Below are positions 58,436 through 64,000 of a DNA stretch of 64,000 nt, in pieces. A program made the translations under genes and the position numbers. Source of the DNA: a virus. Position 1 is the stretch's first letter. Each line of letters starts with the position of its first letter. Location of the stretch: the IMG/VR virus record IMGVR_UViG_3300012971_000018, positions 47,907-111,906 of that record. One strand, written 5' to 3'. A model generated the notes under the pieces. It was not told the DNA's origin and did no database searches. It saw only the letters and a program-made list of their open reading frames with translations.

Positions 58436-58790
58436 GGTTCGGTGCGGTGTGGTACGGTAGGGTATGGTGCGGTTGGGTACGGTGCGGTAGGCTGCGGTAA
58501 GGTAAGGCTTTGTTTGTACCGTTTTAAGTTTTGGTCGGTTTTGGTCGGGTTCGGTAGGGTATGGTAAGGTCGGGTAAGGTCCGGTTAGGTCTGGTCAGGT
58601 GGGGTGGGGTTTGGTCCGGCGAGGTGAGGTGCGGTAAGGTAAGGCTTTAGTTTGTTTGCGTACGGTAAGGTGCGGTTTGGTTAGGTCTGGTAGGGTTGGG
58701 TAAGGTATGGTTTGGTTGTGTGTGGTTCGGTTCGGTAAGGTAGGGTGTGGTTCGGTCCGGTTAGGTAAGGCTTTAGTTGTTGCGTTCTCC
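58436..58790 (+). ncRNA. Array of three GGY-NN units (14, 22 and 21 pentamers) ending in related GGTAAGGCTTT linkers
   Basis: ggtaa-ggc-tttgtttgtac (ggc at 58506), ggtaa-ggc-tttagtttgtttgcg (58643), ggtaa-ggc-tttagttgttgcg (58769). Confidence 0.85.
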
Positions 58791-58933
58791 ATTCCCGGTT
58801 TCGCGTTTTGGAGATTTATCTGCCCTTAACGGCGGCTAAGGGTGCGCGTCCGAGCCCGATCCTGCCTGCTAAGGGTTTTACACAGACACGGACGGTCGCA
58901 GCCGGGGCCACAGCGCCCCGGCAGCTTCGTTAA

Positions 58934-59013
58934 GGTTGGGCGAGGTAAGGTGGGGTGGGGTAGTGTGTGGTCAGGTGTTGTTGGGTAGGGTACGGTTCGG
59001 TTTGGTAAGGTAG
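58934..59013 (+). repeat. GGY-NN pentamer tract, 16 units
   Basis: In-phase pentamers preceded by a GCCGGGGC...GCCCCGGC hairpin. Confidence 0.9.
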
Positions 59014-59048
59014 GTACGATCGTGCATCCACCATAAGGGAGATGCCAA

Positions 59049-59357
59049 ATGAATCCGGGGCTTACCGAAGAAGGTGCGAAGGCCGCAGTCGGCATTATCG
59101 ACGCCTTAAAGACGCAGCCGGCCACATTGGCTATGATCGTGGTATCGTTTGGCTTGCTCGGGTATACGTTCTACGAGGGCCACACATTCAACGCGCAGCG
59201 CGGAGAGATGTTCGGAAAGTTTCTTGAGCAGCAGAAAGAGATGCAGGTGCTCCTGTCGAAATGCGTGGTCCCCGGGCAGACGTTCCGACGGCCGACACTT
59301 CTACCCAAGCCGGCCATCGAGCGTATTCCAGAGCCTAAGCCAGAGACTAAGCCATGA
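59049..59357 (+). CDS. Single-TM membrane protein
   Basis: IIDALKTQP..LAMIVVSFGLLGYTFY hydrophobic segment. Confidence 0.65.
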   Translation: MNPGLTEEGAKAAVGIIDALKTQPATLAMIVVSFGLLGYTFYEGHTFNAQRGEMFGKFLEQQKEMQVLLSKCVVPGQTFRRPTLLPKPAIERIPEPKPETKP

Positions 59358-59578
59358 TTGTGTTGCACAAGGGCACGTTCGAGTATCTTAACCCGACCGA
59401 GATGCAGAAGACCAGGATGTCGGTCATGCGAGTCAACTTCCGGAACATGGCCGATGCCATTGCCGACAACGTTCCACCCGGCGCCGATCGCGATTATGCC
59501 CTGCGCCTGCTGCGCTCGGCGGCCAGTTGGGTTAACATTGCAATTACCCGGAAGGACGACGGAACTCCACGGGAATAG
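59354..59578 (+). CDS. Small helical-hairpin protein, Acb2/Tad1-like
   Basis: FEY.NPT..Q...M...R..F...A..I...VP.G.DR..AL..L..A..W.N.AI. Confidence 0.5.
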   Translation: MIVLHKGTFEYLNPTEMQKTRMSVMRVNFRNMADAIADNVPPGADRDYALRLLRSAASWVNIAITRKDDGTPRE

Positions 59579-59585
59579 TTAGGTG

Positions 59586-59745
59586 TGTGGGGTGGGGTTA
59601 GGTATGGTCAGGTCGGGTATGGTTGGGTTCGGTAAGGTAAGGTAGGGTTGGGTTTGGTTAGGTTAGGTCAGGTAGGGTTCGGTGCGGTTGGTTTTGGTGC
59701 GGTTTGGTCTGGTGGGGTCCGGTTCGGTTAGGTCAGGTAAGGTGT
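59586..59745 (+). repeat. GGY-NN pentamer tract, about 32 units
   Basis: In-phase pentamers filling the gap before the ColD-like gene. Confidence 0.95.
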
Positions 59746-60916
59746 GGGGGCTGCTGTGTCAAAGTCGTGGTGGTATCCGACGGCGTTTAGCTTATGGGGC
59801 GACGAGGAATACGAGGCAATCGGTCGGGTCGTACAGACGGATCGCTTTACGATGGGCGAAGAGGTCGCGGCTTTCGAGCGCGAGTTCGCCGACTACCACG
59901 GCATGAAACATGGGATTATGGTTAACTCTGGCTCTTCGGCCAATTTAATCATGGTCGCGGCACTGTTCGCTCTCGGCCGGTTACAGCGTGGCGACAAGGT
60001 GCTGGTCCCGGCGCTGGCTTGGTCGACGACCTACGCTCCCCTTATCCAGCATGGGCTCGATCTGGAGCTGGTCGACTGCGACGGGACGTGGTGCGCGTTC
60101 GACCCCGAGCCGCTCGACCACGAAGACATAAAGCTTATCGTCTCGGTCCCCATTCTCGGTGCGCCCCAGGTCTACGCCAATACGCAGCGGATGGTCGCGG
60201 ATACGTGGTGTATCCCGATGGTCGAGGACAACTGCGAGGCGCTTGGAGCTTCCGTCCATGGCCACCCGTGCGGGACGCGCGGGTTGATGAACTCCTTTAG
60301 CTTCTTCTACTCGCACCAGCTTAGCGCAATCGAAGGCGGGATGGTCCTAACCGACGACGACGACTGCGCCCGGATGTGTCGTATCCTGCGGGCGCACGGC
60401 TGGACCCGGGATGTCGAGGCCCCGAAGTCGTTCGACGAGGAATACAACTTTACGCACTTCGGATACAACGTCCGGCCGGTCGAGATGCACGCCGCGATAG
60501 CCCGCTGCCAGCTTAGGAAGCTAAAGGACTTCGTCGATGCCCGGCGCGCCAACCTTAAGTTCTTCCACTCCCGGCGAGACTACTATGGCCTCCCCATTAA
60601 GCTCCAGCAGGTTAAGGGTCTCTACACCTCCCCGTTCGCCCTTCCATTCATGGTGGAGACGTCCGAGCTACGGAACAAGGTGGTGGTGGCGCTCCGCGCC
60701 GCCGATATCGACTGTCGCCTGCCGACTGGCGGCTGTTTCCAGATGCATCCGTACGGTGCTCCTTGGCGCGACCAAGCGACGCCCAATGCGCGTCGGGTCC
60801 ACGAGACCGGACTATTCCTAGGCAATGCGCCGTTCGCAATCGAGGACAAGATCGACCGCGCCTGCCAGATTATCCAAGCAGCGTTAACCGGAACACGTAG
60901 GGAAAGTGTATCGTGA
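59744..60916 (+). CDS. DegT/DnrJ-family PLP enzyme, ColD-like NDP-4-keto-6-deoxyhexose 3-dehydratase
   Basis: FTMG..V..FE..FA, MVNSGSSANL, EDNCE, SFFYSHQ..AIEGGM (His at the usual Schiff-base Lys), GYNVRP; start 59744 or 59756. Confidence 0.85.
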   Translation: MGAAVSKSWWYPTAFSLWGDEEYEAIGRVVQTDRFTMGEEVAAFEREFADYHGMKHGIMVNSGSSANLIMVAALFALGRLQRGDKVLVPALAWSTTYAPLIQHGLDLELVDCDGTWCAFDPEPLDHEDIKLIVSVPILGAPQVYANTQRMVADTWCIPMVEDNCEALGASVHGHPCGTRGLMNSFSFFYSHQLSAIEGGMVLTDDDDCARMCRILRAHGWTRDVEAPKSFDEEYNFTHFGYNVRPVEMHAAIARCQLRKLKDFVDARRANLKFFHSRRDYYGLPIKLQQVKGLYTSPFALPFMVETSELRNKVVVALRAADIDCRLPTGGCFQMHPYGAPWRDQATPNARRVHETGLFLGNAPFAIEDKIDRACQIIQAALTGTRRESVS

Positions 60917-61851
60917 AAATCCTTGTAACAGGTGGCGCCGGATATCTGGGATCGGTTCTGGTCGAAGAGCTGTTGCGAACGGATCGGCTGTCGATCGACA
61001 AGGTTGTCGTGCTCGACAACTTCATGTACGGGCAGACCTCGCTCTCCCATCTGTGCTGGGACGACGTTCTGGAGATCGTCCGCGGCGACGCCCGACGGAT
61101 TACCAGGGACTTTGTCTCGGAGTTCGATGTCGTAATCCCGCTCGCGGCGATCGTCGGTGCACCGGCTTGCGATGCCAATATTACCGCGGCAATCTCGACC
61201 AATGCGGACGCTATCGAAGCGCTCGTCTGTAACATGAACCTCGACCAGCGGCTAATAATCCCGATCTCCAATTCCGGCTATGGGGTCGGGGAGAAGGGAG
61301 TGCTGCTAACGGAAAAGGCCCCGCTTAATCCGGTCTCGCTCTATGGCAAGAACAAGGTCTTCGCCGAGACAGCAGCGATGGAGCATGGCAACACGATTAG
61401 CCTCCGACTTGCCACCGTGTTTGGCATGTCGCCGCGGATGCGCATGGACCTGCTCGTTAACGATTTCGTCTGGCGTGCGGTCCACGATAAGGCGGTGGTG
61501 CTGTTCGAGGCAGACTTCCGGCGCAACTACATCCACATCCGCGACGTCGCCCGCACCGTAATCCACTCCCTATTCTATTGGCAGGAGATGAAGAACAATA
61601 TCTACAACGTCGGCCTGTCGTCCGCCAATCTATCGAAGCGGCAGCTTTGCCAGGAGATAAAGAAGCAGGTCGAGGGCTTTGTCTTTGTGGAGGCGGAGGT
61701 CGGCGAGGACCCGGACAAGCGGGACTACGTCGTCTCCAATGCGAAGCTGGAAGCGACCGGATGGTCCCCAAGATGGAGCCTTTCCGCCGGCATCGCGGAG
61801 CTTGTTAAGGGCTACCGAATGTTTCGGAAGGTCCAGTACGGCAACATCTAG
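60913..61851 (+). CDS. NAD-dependent epimerase/dehydratase
   Basis: ILVTGGAGYLG, LAAIVG, YGKNK, RLATVFG, RNYIHIRD. Confidence 0.92.
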   Translation: MKILVTGGAGYLGSVLVEELLRTDRLSIDKVVVLDNFMYGQTSLSHLCWDDVLEIVRGDARRITRDFVSEFDVVIPLAAIVGAPACDANITAAISTNADAIEALVCNMNLDQRLIIPISNSGYGVGEKGVLLTEKAPLNPVSLYGKNKVFAETAAMEHGNTISLRLATVFGMSPRMRMDLLVNDFVWRAVHDKAVVLFEADFRRNYIHIRDVARTVIHSLFYWQEMKNNIYNVGLSSANLSKRQLCQEIKKQVEGFVFVEAEVGEDPDKRDYVVSNAKLEATGWSPRWSLSAGIAELVKGYRMFRKVQYGNI

Positions 61852-61860
61852 GAGAAAATT

Positions 61861-62091
61861 ATGGTGCTTCCACTCCACCTCGACGCCGACACGCTTCCGA
61901 TCATTTTGGCCAGGATCGGTACGCCGCTTAAGGGCGATGCCCAGCTTAACATGCTGGCCGACATGGGGGCGCGTCCGATGGACATTCTGTCCAATGCCGT
62001 CGTTAGCGCGGCAGCGACGGGCGGTGGATTGTCGGCGAGCGACGCTACCGCTATTACCAACGAATTGACCAAGCGCAGGCACGGCAAGTAA
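61861..62091 (+). CDS. Hypothetical protein
   Basis: AGGAG RBS; ends NELTKRRHGK. Confidence 0.65.
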   Translation: MVLPLHLDADTLPIILARIGTPLKGDAQLNMLADMGARPMDILSNAVVSAAATGGGLSASDATAITNELTKRRHGK

Positions 62092-62105
62092 AAGGTATAA
62101 TTTAA

Positions 62106-62300
62106 GGCGAGGTCTGGTACGGTCGGGTCGGGTAAGGTCAGGTGGGGTAAGGTAGGGTAGGGTGCGGTAAGGTGGTGTCCGGTGGGGTAGGGTCGGGTAA
62201 GGTGGGGTTTGGTAAGGTTAGGTGTGGTCTGGTGGGGTCGGGTCCGGTGCGGTGATGTAGGGTTCGGTTGGGTAGGGTGAGGTTAGGTCGGGTGAGGTAT
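62106..62300 (+). repeat. GGY-NN pentamer tract, 39 units
   Basis: In-phase pentamers; the last unit overlaps ATG 62299. Confidence 0.95.
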
Positions 62301-64000
62301 GGACCTTCTAATTATCAATCCAGGTGCCGTCCATGGGATTTACGGTCCGCTCGGGGATACGCTGGTCGCGGTCGAGCCCCCGCTGTGGTGCCGGTTAATC
62401 GCCGGCTATGTCCGTGCCCGGGGCTGCGACGTTCGTATCCACGACATGGAGGCCCACCGTACGTCGCCGGCCGCGGTCGCCCGGCTAGTCCAGCTTTCCA
62501 GCCCGACGCTCGTCTGCGTCGCGGTCTACGGCCACCAGCCTTCCGCCTCGACCCAGCAGATGGTCGGGGCCGGCGCGGTCTGCAAGGCGATTAAGAAGCT
62601 GCTTCCGAGCCAGCCGATCGTTATGGTTGGCGGCCATCCGTCGGCGCTTCCGGAGTACACGCTCCAGACCGAGGCGGTCGACTACGTTTGCGCGGGCGAG
62701 GGTCCGGCAACCGTTCTGGGGCTGCTCGATACCGATAACAACGAAGCAATCCCCGGATTGGTCTGGCGCCGCGGGACTACGATCGTAAAGAACCCGCCCG
62801 CGCCGCTAATCGAGGACCTGGGAGAACTGCATGGCGAGGCTTGGGACCTCCTGCCGATGCACCTCTATCGTCCGCACAATTGGCAGTGCTTTGGCGATAT
62901 GGCTCGTCGGGACCAGCCTTACGCTTCGATCTACACCTCCCTTAGCTGTCCCTATCGGTGTCTCGAAGGCAACGTAAAGGTCAATACGATCTATGGAAAT
63001 ATTCCGATCAAGACGCTGGCCGAATGTTTTGGCGATGCGGGCGTTCCCATTTACACTTACGATCCGGCGAGCGGCCGGGCATTTATCGCCGATGGCGTTA
63101 AGATTAGGAAGTACGGTAACAAGGAACAGCTCGTCCGTGTGCATTTCGACGATGGTAGCCACATCGACTGTACCCCCGACCATCGGTTCTTGCAATTTAA
63201 GTGGAGCAACGGTAGGTCGAACAGTTCCGAATGGGAGTGCGAGGCGCAACATCTCGCCCCCGGATCGCACGTACGCGCACTGCGGACGGAGCAACATCTG
63301 CTAGGTCGTTACTATATATCTTGGTCTCGTATGGGCAGAGCCTTTCGCTCCAGAATGGTTGCCGAGTATCTGTTGGGTCGAAGACTTAGACGGACAGAGC
63401 CGGTACACCACTTAGACCACGATATATCGAACGACCATCCGAGCAATCTACAGATTTGCGGATCGGCAAAGGAGCATTTTAGGCTCCATCCTGAAATATC
63501 TGCACGGATGCGTTCCGATAATCCAACCAAGAATGGCATGTCGGCCAAGTGGCGCGAGAGTATAGTGCGGGCCAATCGTGGCAAAGTACGGTCGCCCGAG
63601 GCGCGTATGCGTTATCGGTTATCCAAATTAGGCAAGAAAAATCCCAATTATCGACACGGTCGTCGAACCGGCGGGTCGTCCCGTCTAGAGGTCAACCATC
63701 GTGTAGCGTACGTCGAGCCGCTGGCCGAGCGCGGGGATGTCTATTGTTTGACTGTGCCGGAAACTGGTTGGTTCTATGCCAATAATGTTCTCGTTAAGAA
63801 TTGCAACTTCTGCTGCATCGCTGCGCCCTTCCTGGGAAGCAATCGGTATCGAATGCGAAGCCCGGTTGCGGTTGTGGACGAGATTGTCCGGCTCTATTGG
63901 CAGCACAAGGTCCGGACGTTCAAGATCGTGGACGAGATGTTTGTCCTTAACGAGAAGCACTACACCGCGATCTGCAACGGTCTAATCGCCTCCGGGATTG
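62299..64000 (+). CDS. Cobalamin-binding radical SAM enzyme, intein-containing, 3'-truncated (absent from the ORF track)
   Basis: Manual translation MDLLIINPG..EPPLW..IAGY, GGHPSALPE, GEG, TSLSCPYR[intein]CNFCC, RSP..VVDEI, KIVDEMF. Confidence 0.88.
   Translation, partial: MDLLIINPGAVHGIYGPLGDTLVAVEPPLWCRLIAGYVRARGCDVRIHDMEAHRTSPAAVARLVQLSSPTLVCVAVYGHQPSASTQQMVGAGAVCKAIKKLLPSQPIVMVGGHPSALPEYTLQTEAVDYVCAGEGPATVLGLLDTDNNEAIPGLVWRRGTTIVKNPPAPLIEDLGELHGEAWDLLPMHLYRPHNWQCFGDMARRDQPYASIYTSLSCPYRCLEGNVKVNTIYGNIPIKTLAECFGDAGVPIYTYDPASGRAFIADGVKIRKYGNKEQLVRVHFDDGSHIDCTPDHRFLQFKWSNGRSNSSEWECEAQHLAPGSHVRALRTEQHLLGRYYISWSRMGRAFRSRMVAEYLLGRRLRRTEPVHHLDHDISNDHPSNLQICGSAKEHFRLHPEISARMRSDNPTKNGMSAKWRESIVRANRGKVRSPEARMRYRLSKLGKKNPNYRHGRRTGGSSRLEVNHRVAYVEPLAERGDVYCLTVPETGWFYANNVLVKNCNFCCIAAPFLGSNRYRMRSPVAVVDEIVRLYWQHKVRTFKIVDEMFVLNEKHYTAICNGLIASGI
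62959..63801 (+). mobile_element. Intein with HNH endonuclease splitting the radical SAM CxxxCxxC motif
   Basis: Begins CLEGNV, block B CTPDH, VHHLDHDISNDHPSNL, ends DVYCLTV...FYANNVLVKN followed by Cys. Confidence 0.9.

Noticed and set aside
62065-62101. Sigma70 promoter TTGACC...TATAAT before the last tract
   Set aside because: The spacing is 25 nt, too long; only the -10 hexamer is supportable
1-64000. Stop-codon reassignment as the cause of TGA scarcity
   Set aside because: Genes read through in the standard code, TGA is used as a stop in ATGA overlaps, and TCA appears depleted too

Overview
A 64 kb segment of a GC-rich tailed phage genome, almost entirely coded on the + strand, with genes cut at both ends. 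From left to right: (i) a thymidine hypermodification module (radical SAM, amino acid:DNA transferase, P-loop kinase plus aGPT-Pplase1 helical protein, HD hydrolase, dUMP hydroxymethylase/thymidylate synthase with an intein); (ii) replication and recombination genes (beta-clamp-like, UDG-fused family A polymerase with an intein, clamp loader, UvsY-like, SSB, RecA, NusG); (iii) packaging and head genes of the DUF1073 portal / DUF2213 protease / DUF2184 capsid / DUF4054 type, interleaved with glycosyltransferase-like and nucleotide-sugar enzymes; (iv) a B12 radical SAM gene with a third intein, running off the right end. The standout feature is a standalone RAMP/Cas7-like gene (56151-56726) surrounded by, and dispersed with, about 480 non-coding pentamers of the form GGY-NN (constant GGT/GGC, variable dinucleotide). 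They lie in about ten intergenic tracts, all on the sense strand, and some are cut into units by a conserved U-rich linker. This looks like an RNA-guided system whose information is in the NN dinucleotides. Read as NN + one skipped base, one tract spells a variant of the end of its neighbouring gene. All family assignments come from motif recognition by eye; no searches were run.
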